A DNA stretch of 64,000 bases from assembly GCA_964035545.1 (NCBI GenBank), contig OZ037771.1:5055190-5119189 (forward strand), written 5' to 3'. This DNA is from Bugula neritina (Eukaryota > Animalia > Bryozoa). Shown in pieces: positions 9,435 to 22,500 of this stretch. A program made the position numbers and the translations under genes. Below the pieces are notes generated by a model that saw only the letters and a program-made list of their open reading frames with translations, did not search any database and was not told where the DNA came from. Numbering within the stretch: the first letter of the stretch is position 1; every line of letters starts with the position of its first letter.

Positions 9435-11347
9435 TGTCGGTCAACTCAAGAATCTCCAAGACGTCAGCTTGTCGGCCAACTTTCAGATGACATCTTTAAC
9501 TCCTCAACTTCTCAACATGCCTAATCTGACTGAACTGGACTGCTTCGGGTGTCAATCACTTACATATCCACCTTTTGCTGTGTGTATAGAAGGACTACAT
9601 TATATCAGACAGTACTATAACGATCTTAAGTCAAGTGGTCATGTAGAAATTTCTGAAGCTACCGTTGCCTTAGTGGGTAGATCGCTGTCTGGCAAAACCA
9701 GCCTAGCAAAAACGCTGTTGAGATCAGATGGTAAAAGGGAATTAACCAATAGAGCGGCTGATGCAGTGGAAGATGAAACAACTCGTGTCTTCAATATGGA
9801 AAAGTTAGTGGTTGGTGACAATGTTCTTCAGTTCATAGATTTTGGTGGCAATGAAATCTACCAATCTACCTACCAGTTCACGTTGAAACAGAACTGTATT
9901 CCTATTGTGGTTGTGAATATCATGGAGTTTGAAAAACTCTATTTCGAGATGAATGGTAATGAAGCAGTTCGATGCACATATTTTGATTGGCTCTCACATT
10001 TGTACTTGGCCAATCCAAGACTCAGAGCACCCAAACTGGTTTTCACTCACCGAGATGCTTACAGTGCAGATGGATTTGAGGAGCTAAAGAGGCTGTTCTT
10101 TGTCCACACCAAAATTGTATTCAATTTGTTACAAACAGAAAAAAATTATTCTAGCTCTTTCACACGAATATCTCATTTTCATAGCCAAGAGATGTTTCAA
10201 GAACAAGATATATATGTTGTGGGTGATGAATATGAAGAGGTGTTTGATCAGCTGAGAAGTCATATCATATCTGACAGTAAACTAGTCGTGAAGAAGGTGC
10301 CCACTCTGTGGAGAAAAGTTGCTCAAACATTCAACTCCTTCCATGGAAGTTACAAGACATTTCCAGAAGTGCTTCAACATGTCATTGAATGCAAGTTGGC
10401 AAATGAAGACCAGCTGAGAGTAATTCTCTCGTACATGCATAACAGCGGCCATCTCATTTGGTACCAGGATAGGGAGAGTTTGCAGTCTCTGGTATTCTAT
10501 GACATCTCTGTGGTTACAAAGCTGCTCCACGTATTCTTCACTCACGAGAAGGAAGTGTGGAGCAATCGACGGTCAGCGATTGAAGCGAATTCACTTGAAA
10601 ATCCGTTGATAGAAAATGAAACAGAGTTTAACAATTTGGCTCAAGAGTTTGTTCGAACTGGCAGGATGAGCGAGAAGCTGTTTCAGCATCTTCTGATAGC
10701 AGAGACCAGCTTCACCACGAGTGACAAGATGAAGGTGGCAGTCGCATTGCTGCAATCTTTCCAGTTGTTATTCGCTATGAAGGATTCATCCCAGAAACTA
10801 AGTTACATTATGCCATACTTCTCACAGGAGTATTTCACCGACTTGACTGCCTCCAGGAGACAACCTGTAAAGCTGTCAGTAGACATGTTGTTTGGTGGCT
10901 TGACTCCCCCTCAGTACGTCTACCACCAGATTTCTGTGAAACTTCTTAATGATATCCAGGATTGTAGTGAAAAAGCTGTGAGAAAGAATGGAGTGGAGCT
11001 GAGAGACGAAGCTTACACCCTGCAGTTGCTGCATGACTACAAATCTCGTAAACTCAGTATCTCCGTAACGTCTGCTTGTCGACAGATAGGCAATGCTTGG
11101 AAGATGTTGACCACTTCAGTTCATTCAACCGTAAAGTACGTCAACTCCACAAGGAGAGCAAGTAAAATCACCTGTATCAACTTGTGTGCTCACTGCCCAT
11201 TGGTTGGAGAAAAGCGTCCAAAGAGGTTCATCAACCCATCCTGGTGTCAACCTCCAAAAGATGGTGAATTCCTTCCCATGACTTCAGATTCATCACCTAA
11301 TAGGTGTGGAACATACAGGGATGTCCCATCTTGTCTCTTACATCCGA
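9435..11347 (+). CDS. Last LRRs + Roc GTPase + COR exon, copy 1
   Basis: 627-aa ORF; LRR cap PPFAVC..G...IRQY; G1 GRSLSGKT, G3 DFGG, G4 THRD; COR-like LSYMHNSGHLIWY. Confidence 0.92.
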
Positions 11348-14300
11348 GTTAGTATGATTATTTTCTCTTAGGTTCTTTATATCATATTCAGATAGTAATG
11401 TACTGTCCAAGTAATAATAACTTCCATAATTTATACTTCTATTGCAGCTTTCCAGCTTTCTGGAGATGAGCTACAGAAACTGAGTGACTTTGTGAAGACC
11501 AACTACAAGCCACCAGGTATCATGAATTAAACTCACTTCTAGTGAATTGATTAGGAATAACTTTCTTCCTTCCTGATTCTCCATGTTTGTTATTGACAGT
11601 TGAAGTTGTTCCTGTAGGTTGTTGGTTTCATTACATTTCTGTGAGCTGTTTATGTGATGTTTCCTGTACATGTAGATAATATTGGACACAGTGGAGCTGC
11701 TACTCATACTGTTGGTACTGATGATGTACTGAGTGATGTTTCGGATGGAGAAGAAGATACTACCTCCACTTCAGAAGATCTTACCAAGTTGACACTAGTT
11801 CCTACTACTAATCAGAGTATCAAGTCTCTCTTCATCAACACTTCAGAGGTTTGTATGTCATGTTGAATACTCTGTAGCCTTGGCTCTCCTCTCTGTTATT
11901 TCTGTATAGCCTTGGCTCTCCTCTCTGTTATCTCTGTATAGCCTTGGCTCTCCTCTCTGTTATCTCTGTATAACCTTGGCTCTTCTCTTTCCCCAGACCT
12001 GTTCGGGCTAGCAGCTGTGTTAAAGCCACACAATGTGTCAGAACCCATATTAGTGTAGGGCCACTTGACGCATTTTACACGCTCGTGACGTTCGAGAATA
12101 CACACTTGTGACCTGCCACACACAGTGCGTGTGTTGCGAGTGCAAAAATTTATTAGCCGATGAGGTTAGCGGTAAACTTTACTGCTCGCCTACAGGGGTT
12201 TGTTTTTAAAACTACATCATCGGCAAAGTGATTGTGATATTATAAAAGCGGAAATGCAACCTATAATAAACTGTTTTAATTCAGCTCGCTAGAAGCTGAA
12301 TAGTAAATTAAAATAAAAATTACATGGTAATAAGCCAATTAGATCAAACATGCATGAGCCTGCCGCTGAGTTCGCTCAGCATGCGAGACGCATGAAAATC
12401 CCGCTCATGACGTCCAATTTTTGGGCTAAACGTTATTTCTCGCACGTCACGCGCGTGTAAAACGCGTCCTGTGGCCTTACACTCAGTCTACTCATGGATG
12501 ATTTTTAACTCATCATTCTATAGTTGCTTATATAATATGAACAGGTCAGTTGTGTTCTATTCAGTATTATATTCTCTATATAGAATGTACCCAGTAAGTA
12601 CTAAACTAATTACATAGTCTGTATCTACAGATATACAAGATGACGAGTCCATTCAGAGGAAGAGCTCTGATTATAAACAACAACAAGTATAGAAATGGAG
12701 GAGAGAGACTTGGCTCTGGTTATGATGTTGACAACACATTTGCTCTGTTCAGGAAGATGGGATTTGAGGTTGTGAAGCAGAAGGATCTCACAGCTGAGGT
12801 ATATTTCTATTTACTTGTAGTTGTCTCCCTCTTCTTATCACGTAGTGTGACTAGTTATTAGTGGTTAATATCTCCTATCAATGTTATAATAGCCTGCAGA
12901 CTTGTCTATTGAATCGGTTATTAAGTTAGGGAAATGCAAACTCTTCGCTTTGGAGCTAACTTTTGCTTTCTAAAGTAACTTCCTAAAGGCTAGTATGAGA
13001 CGTGACAAATATGCTTGTTTGCCTCTATATTATAACTGCAGTTGTTAAAAAATAAATGTTGGCAAATGCCTGGGTCACCCCCCCCCCCACCCCCCTATGT
13101 TTGTATGTTTGCTTCATTCTGTGTCTGACCTACAATTATTGAAAATAACAAAAGTTGTTGACAGGCATTTTGGCCAATCCAATATGAATGTAGTCTCAGG
13201 AGTTGTCTCTACTTGTATTCTCTCTGTACTGAATAGAAGTGTATGTTTATTAGAGCTGGTCAGTCCTGTTCATAGAATAGACTCTCTCACATTGAGTTTG
13301 TATACTGTGTGTGTTGTGTTATATTCATATACAGGAGATACTCCAGTGTATTCAATCAGAGACAAGAGATGAGATTCATAACACTTATGGTATGTTCTTC
13401 CTGTTTCTGTTTGCACACGGAGCTAATGGAATGATTCATGGAGTTGACTCACAGCCAGTCTATCTAACACAGATCTACAGTCTCATCAACTCTACAAATT
13501 TTCCCAACATGGCCGGCAAGCCTAAAGTTGTGGTTATTCAGGCGTGCAGAGTTGGTGAGTGTAGATATGATACGAGTAAGAATATATTATACTGTTGTAA
13601 TACTGTATTATATGATACTCTAGTCTTCATACACATACATAGAATACTGGTTGGTATATCACATGTGTTACTAATCAATCAGGTAACTCAGTCAGTCAAA
13701 CTGAACAGAATATTCAACAGAGTACCAACTCCTCCTCACCAGAACTTTCTGCTCTCAGAACTCATCAACAGGAAGCTGAGACTTCAACTGGACAGAGGAA
13801 CTTTGATGTTGACGACCTTCTAATCCTTCACTCCTGCTTTGAAAGTGAGAATTTAGTCCACTGATAGAAACGAATATTTCTGGCATCATTTTATTAAGAA
13901 AATTAACTCAGGGTATTATCTTCCAAAATTTTCAAATGGCAAATCCATTATTAGTAACAAATAGAATAAAAAGAGCAAGTAGCAGCTGTGCTGGCTAATC
14001 ACATGACCTCTCATTAACCTAAACTGAGCACATAGAGTATTTGTGTGTGAGTTACAGTTATCTAGTTTTCATGTAATCTGTGAAACACTAGTCTGTACAG
14101 TTTATACTCTGCTGCCCTAAAAATGCCCTGCTAAGTTTTTTTCCAGCTGAATGTTTTTAATTTAAAGTGAGACTGTTAAGTTACCAAACAATTCTGTGTG
14201 GTTAATCTCTATTCACCTCAATCATGGGCCACAACTCCCAATCGCCATCAAATAGTTGGGAAACCTACCAGTCATGTCACTTTCTCAAAATATACCTTTC

Positions 14301-15249
14301 ATTGCTGAAATAGCGCAGTTTTCAAATCTTCAATTTGCATTTCTCACTAGCTTTTACTGGATAGTGTCACTCACTATTACTATACACTATATAATATTTA
14401 CTATTTAACTCATTGTATTATTTTAATAGACAGTGCTTCTATGAAGTTTGATTACGGTGGGTCATTATTGATAAGAACACTTGTCAGGACTTTACACAGA
14501 CATGGCTGTCATCGTGATCTTGCTGACTTATTTGATATTGTGAGTAACTTCCTGTGACATCATTTCCTATTTAGAAGAGGCTGTTTTCATATCAGTCAGT
14601 GTGGTGTAATCACAGTAGTATAGTTGTAGTGACTAGACATAGTATAGTCATAGTATAATATAGTCATAGTATATTATAGTTATAGTATAATATAGTCATA
14701 GTACCATATAGTCATATATAATGTTGTTAGTAAATATGTTTATAGCCACACATTGAATCAGTTGATGTTATTTCAATGTGCCTTTGTTTCTCAGCTTATG
14801 CCTATTGTACTTAGTTGCTTATCTGTAATAGCAATTTTATAGCTATCCACTTATGTGTGCTACTTATGTTTTTTGCTCTTAGTTCAGTTGCTTCTAATAT
14901 TTAGTGCAATAAAGAGCTCTGTCAAATTATAACTCTAACATATAATACAGTCATAGCATAATGTAGTCATGGCATAACATAGTCATAGTAAAATAGTCAT
15001 AGTATAGGCTATAGCTATAGTGATTAGTCATACATATTTGACATTTACAAATGTCAGGTAAAATATATAGGATTCAGCATTTACCTAATTTTAATATATT
15101 TGAAGGTAAAGCACAGAGTGAGGAAAATATCTGGTAAAAGGAGACAAAGAAATCCAACTGTTTACGTGACACAGACTCCTGTGGTTATAAATACTCTCAC
15201 TGGTAGAAGGAAGATTTACTTGTTTCCTTTATTCTATGGAGAGTGGTAG
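9435..15249 (+). CDS. LRR-Roc-COR-caspase gene, copy 1 (3' part; LRR cassettes expected upstream of window)
   Basis: Phase-compatible GT-AG exons 9435-11347, 11448-11516, 11676-11848, 12631-12798, 13335-13554, 13683-13844, 14430-14539, 15106-15249 (TAG). Roc motifs GRSLSGKTS, DFGG, THRD; caspase AHG and QACRV. Confidence 0.85.
11874..11990. repeat. 32-bp intronic minisatellite (TAGCCTTGGCTCTCCTCTCTGTTATCTCTGTA), copy 1
   Basis: About 3.5 units; paralogous arrays at 30642-30849 and 53659-53962. Confidence 0.85.
12053..12482. mobile_element. MITE with ~45-bp imperfect TIRs, copy-1 specific
   Basis: GTGTAGGGCCACTTGACGCATTTTACACGC... versus ...GCGTGTAAAACGCGTCCTGTGGCCTTACAC; flanked by TTA/TCA; empty site ATATTAGTCT in copies 2 and 3. 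Confidence 0.7.
12631..15249 (+). CDS. Caspase (peptidase C14A) p20+p10 exons, copy 1
   Basis: YKM...RGRALIINN, R.GS..D, F.KMGFEV, DLTAE, FAHG, GKPKVVVIQACR, DLLILHSC, GSLLI.TL, QTP...TL.RRKIYLFP. Confidence 0.9.
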
Positions 15250-15959
15250 ACTGAGCTCCCACATCCCTGTGTGTACATGCAGAGTATGGTACTCCGCTAT
15301 TCATATCATATATACACATTACCTATAGATAGCATGTATATACTGACTACAGTATTTAAACCTTACGTGTAGTATTATATTTCACTACATGCTCGATACA
15401 TGTGACACTCACTCTATACACTACAGTGGGGTATATTTTACCTGCACACTTTGAATACACAGATTTACTTCTACTTATATTTTAATGCTTTTGCTATACC
15501 ATGTATATGCTCTGCATATAGTTCATGCACTTAGTCTAGTTATATGTGATTTTGTATGTATACACTATTACTATTTGTTTGCTAGCATTGTTTACTCATA
15601 TTTACTATGAAATATATTTACACAATAAATATACTGCATTTTATAATTAATTATTTTGTATATTTCAAAGGCACGTTTACAAATCTTCTTGCACTAAGCA
15701 AAGCAGAAAAACATTATTAAACAAATATTTGGGACAGGGAACTTGCTACTAGCTTGTATAGTTTTGAAATTATTTTATTTAAAAGTTCTTTAAATTTTAT
15801 TTATAAGCCCTTTGGTAGTTCACCTTCCAGGAACTCAAAAGTGTTTCAACATATTTCATAGCAATTACTAGAACTAGAGTATAATTTTATAAACATACTA
15901 TACTTGAAGTATCTGCATAGGAAGTCAGGAGCTGAGCTCAGTTGACAGAGTTCGGTCTC

Positions 15960-16450
15960 CAGGGTCTACCATCAGTGTAACCCTCTCCATTCAGTCTGAA
16001 ATCAACTCAAGTATTGCCACACTTTCTGCAGTAATGTACAAGTTACACAAGAGAGTGTGTAGACAAACAGCAGTCTGTCAGCAAACACTAAGATGCATGT
16101 TCACAAAGCATGTATATTGTCCACACTACTCTACTTTAGTGTAACCTGGACATCCTGTGCCACTCTAAAAATATACTAAGCAGTTTTTATCTAGCCATCT
16201 CAAATGACAAGACAAAATTTCCAATACTGACAGTTTGCAATGTCCTTGGATGCCGACAATCTTCTTTCTTTGTGAGACAGCGGTGTCTTCGTTAGCTTCG
16301 ACATGTGTGCAGAATGCAAGATGGCCACATTCCTATAAATCTGCTTTATGGGAAACTTGCGGAAAGCTCCAGATCCCTGGGGACATCTCAGATTGTGTTT
16401 CAAGGTCACCTACAAAAGGAACATGAATAGCCCTGGAATTGATGTGCAGC
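15960..16450 (+). mobile_element. Degenerate RTE-type LINE fragment (duplicated at ~34380-34880)
   Basis: Remnant peptides KACILSTLLY..TWT and HVCRMQDG.IP.LL, typical of the RTE RT C-terminus. Confidence 0.6.
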
Positions 16451-17056
16451 CATTAAAAAGCTTCAAGCCTCGTGGTAGTAGTGTAGTGGTGTAGTATTGT
16501 ACTGCCTGCCTTGACCAGTAGGGTGTTCATAAATTGTTATTTTTTTTGTGAAATTTAGTAAAGTACAGCTGTACTTGGCTATGCAGTTGCAGCTTAGAGC
16601 TGGTAATTGAAATATACCCTTACTAAAAAAATTTCAATAACATCTACATTATACCAGAAATATATTTATTCAAATGAAAAAATATTATACTTTACATTTA
16701 CAAACAAAAATATGTCTTATAATACTCAAAGGAGTAAGTGATATTCATAACAAAAATTGTGAAAATGTGATAGTCAACCCTACACAGTGATTGGCTGTGT
16801 GCTGGTCGACTATATAGTATTATAGCTATAATCCTCTCATATAATGTAATATTCTTTATAGTGCAGAAATTCTGACTGGAGATTGATGATGTCTGCTGCT
16901 AGAATTATTTGCTTACTAGTAAGTAGTAACCAAAAATGCTTTATTTGTAGCCAATATACCATCTGTAGGAGGCAAAAGTCATGTATGGTAATCATGTGCT
17001 AGCAAACACATTACATATTACATTTATTAATTTAATGTCTGTTTGAACCGAACCAT

Positions 17057-17381
17057 TGTAAATATTGTGCTCCCAATTTTATGGAAAGGACAACTCCATA
17101 TTGAACTGACACTTGCAGCAGCCAATCAGCGAAGCGAGTGATCTTATACCCTACGGGTGGATGGCTAGTAAGGAGCTGTACGCTTGAAGAGGGCGCAGTT
17201 GGCTAGTAGTAGCAGGATAGTTAAGCCGTGTAAACAGTCTTGTGCAGTTATGTAATCTTGGTATGTTTTTATGTAGTTAGTAAATCTTGTATCTTACGTA
17301 TAAATGAACTTATTCTTACTCTAAATCGGCAGCATTACTTCAATCATAATTACCCACAAATAAATGACGCACAATTTCACA
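17057..17381 (+). mobile_element. Solo-LTR-like element upstream of the putative first exon (duplicated at 35476-35800)
   Basis: TGT...ACA ends with a 13-bp imperfect inverted repeat and a CCAAT box; no clean TSD. Confidence 0.4.
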
Positions 17382-17654
17382 ACACTATATAGGCCTAGTC
17401 AATATTGCAGAACAACACCAATAATGTCATTCAAAACATTATAACAAGTGCACTATTCTCTTGAAAATAGGTAACACTAGTGTTGTTGCTGTTGCATATA
17501 CAAAATGTCTTCTTGTCATCAGAATCGGCTTTTTTGTTTATATTGGCTCAGTTCCTAAAAAGTCCTTCTATCTAAATATTAGAGAGCCCGTCAACGCCTT
17601 CCAACTTTTAAAAAGACTACATTTGTCACTAAAACCATTTAGCCCGTCGTTAAC

Positions 17655-17896
17655 CTGTTTCCGGTTTCAGTAGTAGGCGTTTTCCGGCAGTCCTTGAAAC
17701 GAAGCAAAAAGAGGATAAGCTCGCATTTTGGATGACGAAACTAATTCAGCTGTCTCACCGCTATACTAACCACTATTCAAACCAAATTTTTAGTGCAAAA
17801 CTGAAAAACTAACAGAATTTGTCAAGTTGCACCACATGTAAGTGTCATGCATTGTAATTTTATCTCGAAGACTTTCACTGTTTCAGTTTCACTTTG
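17655..17896 (+). promoter_or_regulatory. Putative promoter/non-coding exon 1 of copy 2 with IRF/ISRE-like motif cluster
   Basis: CpG-richer patch ending in the donor CAT|GTAAGT (17838); ACTTTCACTGTTTCAGTTTCACTTTG at 17871-17896; conserved in copy 3 (36075-36242 + 40996-41065). Confidence 0.45.
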
Positions 17897-19562
17897 AGTC
17901 TCAGTCTGTGATGCAATGTCAAAGTGAATATGTATATGATAGTGAATGTCAATATGAGTATAAATATAAATAATCTAATAGTTAATAGGAATATTGAATA
18001 TAAAGAAGAATATGAACATATTCGTATTGATGTTGATAATTATAAATAATAATTATATTATTGATTTATTCTGATTGACATTAAATTTGATGATTGATTG
18101 ATGATCGAAGTGTCATCTAGTTTGACATTCACTATGAGTATGGCTCGTTTTAAATTATATTCGCTATGAATATTACAATAATGACTTTAGTTATGGGTGT
18201 TCTGACCGTTAACACTATCACCATGGTCAGTGGGTAGGCTTGAAGATAATACTTAGGCTATAGCTTAGTTTTAAAGTATAGGCGTTCCAACAGCGTAAGG
18301 TGTTTTTAAATTATTTATTCAACTCAAAGAGTAATATTATATTTTAGCTTTTAAGTTAGCTTTGTGGTCAATGTATTGTTAGGATTTACTTGGCTTGGCC
18401 ACAACACACATCCAACACTTATCAAGGAAGAGTTATAACATTTAATATGTTATACTTGAATTATATAGTAAAGTTTGAAATATGAACTGAGATCTGATCT
18501 AATAATAAAATGTGTGTTTCTAGTTTTTGGTATCTGTTCAGCAGAGCTATAGTTGTCGCAAAGATTCGTATTATGATTACTGGTAGTAAAGACAGTGATG
18601 GAAATGTAATGTATACTGTTTGGCTCACAGAGCTATGGGTGTGACAGTGAGGTCATGGTTTGTTTATATGTATGACATCTGCTGTAGCAGAGACAGTAAC
18701 AGAAATTCTCAACACAGAAGATAGTAACCACTATATTATGTTTAGAATTGTTCACCAGTGTTACCAATAACAAACTTTTATTCAATAGTAAATATCCAAG
18801 AAGTAGGTTACAAAAAGACAATTTGATTTATTCCCAAAGTGAAAGTCTATGTTCAAAGTAGAGTAGACTTGTTATCAGATTATCAGTAATTACTGCAGTA
18901 TCTATGCCCACAGTACAGAGGTCTCGGAAACATTAAAATATTTTTCATGCTAATGACAAGTCTATACCTCCACAACAGTTAGAGGATTGTATAGTTAATA
19001 AACATGAAACACAATGGAATAGTCTACAAGTTGGTAATTCTGGTGAACATAAGTAAAAAATGAGACATAGGAAATTACTATTAGAATACTATTGAAGTTT
19101 GTCCTCACAGTTTACATTATCATTAATAAATCAATCTTTATTCTAGTAGTTAGTACCTGTTAAACAATGAAATGAAATATACTAAGTTGTCAAACTAGAT
19201 ATTTCCTCTTGTCCTAAACCAACTCTTATACAATATTCAAAGATCTTGTCTCAAACAAGCAAGCCAACCTACTGTCAAACTTTCTGATAAAAACTGCACG
19301 TCACAAATTATCAAATGCTATAAATTACCAATGGCTGAATATGCTAATGCAATTTATATTGAAAATTATAAATAAATGAAAATGCTATAAATAAATATGT
19401 TCCTTGGTACACCTTGTTTTCCTTCACTGTCTCTCTAATGTTTACTATTTCACTTCCTCTATACACCCTTTCACTCAATACACACACATTGTATACTATC
19501 TCATACTCTATTCATAGTACATACATTAGTATTACATTGTAGTATCTGATACTAGAAACAAC

Positions 19563-22500
19563 ATGGCTACCAACTCTGTAACCAATTCTGAGGATGAAGT
19601 AACCGCAGCAGCTTCACAAACAGGTCCGTATACAATATTAGTTAGTCTGGAGAATGGTAAAATATTTATCTAAATACATTGTATGCACCTGAATATATCT
19701 GTACAGGTTTTAATTACATCTTCCAGTTTGATAGTTAATTTGAAGAACTTGTTATCCCTCTTCAAGTTTCTTCTCTGAACTATATTTTAACTATGGTGTT
19801 TCTGTACATTTTCTGTGACTTTTATCTGCATGTAGCTTAATGAAGCTGTTGATACATTTTTAGATCACATTAAAAACAGGTTTATTTCTAATTCTTGCCA
19901 TTTCCTATACTTGCTAGTATTTTCTTCTTATCAACATGTTGTATGTGAAATCTTAAATAGAAACATCAGCATTTTCTAATAGATAAGTTTCTCATTTGTT
20001 TTCAGTCTACCTAATATAAGTTGAAGAGATTCTCAGTTTTATTCCTATTAATCTTCATGTTGATGACTCAACTATTAGTATGTTTGTCTCTATGAATATA
20101 GGAATATGTTTACTGCTGGTTTATATTTTCAATTATTATATAAGTAATTCAACAGTAAAATGATGTAATTTATACTATTAGAATATTAACATAGATAATT
20201 GTACTATAAACCAGGTGATATTATATTTACTCTTTTATTAGGTACATATATACTAAAAATAGAACATTTGTTTTTAGCAGAGAAATACAGGTGTTGGTGG
20301 AGGCACTCTGGTATGGATTCTATTGATGTCAAAGACTTATTCTTAAAGCCTACAGAACTCTATACAACGGAGGAGATAAAGAAGCTCTGTTCAGGTCATG
20401 TGATCACTGACCTACTTATAGTGGGAGATCTGCCACCTGCTGTTACAGAGTTTGCTCCACTTGTGACTAACCTGTGTATTCAACATCTAACCAGTATCAA
20501 CAGTTTAGAATAGTAAGTCTATCATCACTTTGTTATCAACATGTTTAAGGTCACAATATCTCTATCCTCTAGAACATGACTTCTCTTTAGATAATAATAT
20601 ATACTTGAGCTGTGTATCTTGCTGTAGATTTTTCAGTTGTAACTCACTGACTATTTACTGAAATGTTGAAGTGTTTGGTGAGTTATACTTGTATGGCATG
20701 TCAGCAATATTCCTTCGTATTTCTACTGCACCTGAGTAGTCATTCTGTTCTCCTTGAGTTATAAAAGTGAGTGCAGTAAGAGTGGAATTTTGGAAAAGTC
20801 TGTGTGCTTGATGAGAAAAAGTGCAAACTAAATTATGTTCAACCAAACCCCTAAAAAGAAATTCATAAAAACCCGTAAAGAATTGAATTTGAAAAGTATA
20901 GAATTTTTTCCACTATTGCACTGAAATAGAATTATATTAGTTTGAGCTGAAGCTGCTGGGGAAGAGGTCAACAATGACTTCTGGTGACTCACACATCATA
21001 GCTGATTACTTGCATGTGGGGATAACTTTTAATTATTAATTCTGCCAGTAGAGAAATGGATAGCTAAATATTCATTAAGGAAATCACATATCAAGTATAA
21101 TATTACTTGCACAGCTTGTAGCCTTAGGTTTGTTTCCTATTCTTCAAAGTATTCACTGCTATTAGTTTTGTCTCCGTTTCTTCTAGTGTATTATCCGTGC
21201 TTCAGAAGTTGTTTGAGTTGCTAAAATTGTGAGATAAACTTCTATATTTTTTGATCAAATGAAATACGGAGTAAAACAATCAACTATATTTAATATGTTC
21301 TGAACACAGCTATAGTTTATATATACAGATGAGTAATAATCTAGAGTCACTCTGAAATAAGATCTCCCTTCCTACCTATCAGCATTATCTCAATTGTATA
21401 TCCAGCTTTTATAATCACTTTATACTTAGTCCAGGGTTGTGAATAATTTATTCTTATTATCTCAAAGTAGTTGTTGGACTTGTCATTACTCAGGCCTACC
21501 TGTTATTGCCTGCCTTACAGCTACTATCACACCTATGGCCAGTTTTATACTGCATCACAATTTACTTGCACCAGAGTCAAGTTAAGTGAATTGAAATTAC
21601 AGAGATTTATCTTCTCTTGTTTTGTCTCCAGTTTTTACTCTCCTTCTGTAATCAGTAATTCTCAGGTGGCTGCCTTGGCAGCAAAACCTGGTCATACGGA
21701 GTAAAACCCATCTTCAATATTCTCTTTACAGGAAAATTGTAGCAACTGCTTTTGATTTCGCAATTTGTTACAACTAAATCATCTAATCTATTAAAAAGCA
21801 TAGTCTTTTCATACTTACTTTGGTTTAATTGCTAATCTTGTATGTATTCTCTCTGTATTCTAATTATATGTATTATATGTATAATAGAACTGATACTAGT
21901 AGTCCCAGCATACCAACTCTTTAGTAATGAAATAAATTCATAAACACAAATAACTGTCACAATTCATACTTGCAGAGCAGAAATAATAGAAACTCACTGC
22001 ATGTTTAATATAATATTTCTACAACTTGTATAATTATAGTCATGGTATATTGTATGTATATTACAGTCTCTCCCAACTCACACATCTACACACATTAGAT
22101 GTGTCTGGTAATAAGTTAGGAACATTACCTGAGGTGATACCAAAGATGGAGTCACTTACAGAGTTACATCTACAGCGCTGTGACTTACATACATTACCAG
22201 ACAGGTGAGTTATATTAGTTATATGTGTTCTACTATTATGTAAACATATAATAAAGTGTAACAGAACTGATACTAGTAGTCTCAGCATACCAACTTTCTA
22301 GTAATAAAGTGAATATTATTCTCAAATGGAAAATTGTTTTAGCATTGATTTAGTAATTTGTTACACTAAATCATCTAATCTCTTAAAAAGGACTTTCTTC
22401 CCATATTTACTTTGGTCTAAACTCTAATCACTAAAGTTGTATGTATATTACATTCTCTCTGTGTTCTAATTCTATGTACATATATAATAGAGTATAACAG

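Noticed and set aside
9469-11352. Calling the Roc-COR ORFs LRRK2, MFHAS1 or stand-alone single-exon genes
   Set aside because: No kinase domain; the ORF starts are non-ATG and bounded by splice sites; orthology cannot be established from sequence alone.
11874-11990. 32-bp repeats (also 30642-30849, 53659-53962) as a CRISPR array
   Set aside because: Head-to-tail units without unique spacers, inside a eukaryotic intron, and no cas genes.
13555-13823. ORF-track C-terminal extension of the caspase ORF (ECRYDTSK...MLTTF)
   Set aside because: Read-through of an intron and the wrong frame of the next exon; the spliced frame gives the caspase-like DLLILHSC.
20625-20680. Possible extra exon ending at GTGAGT (also ~45590-45635)
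   Set aside because: Stops in all three frames; the flanking exons already join in phase 2 without it.
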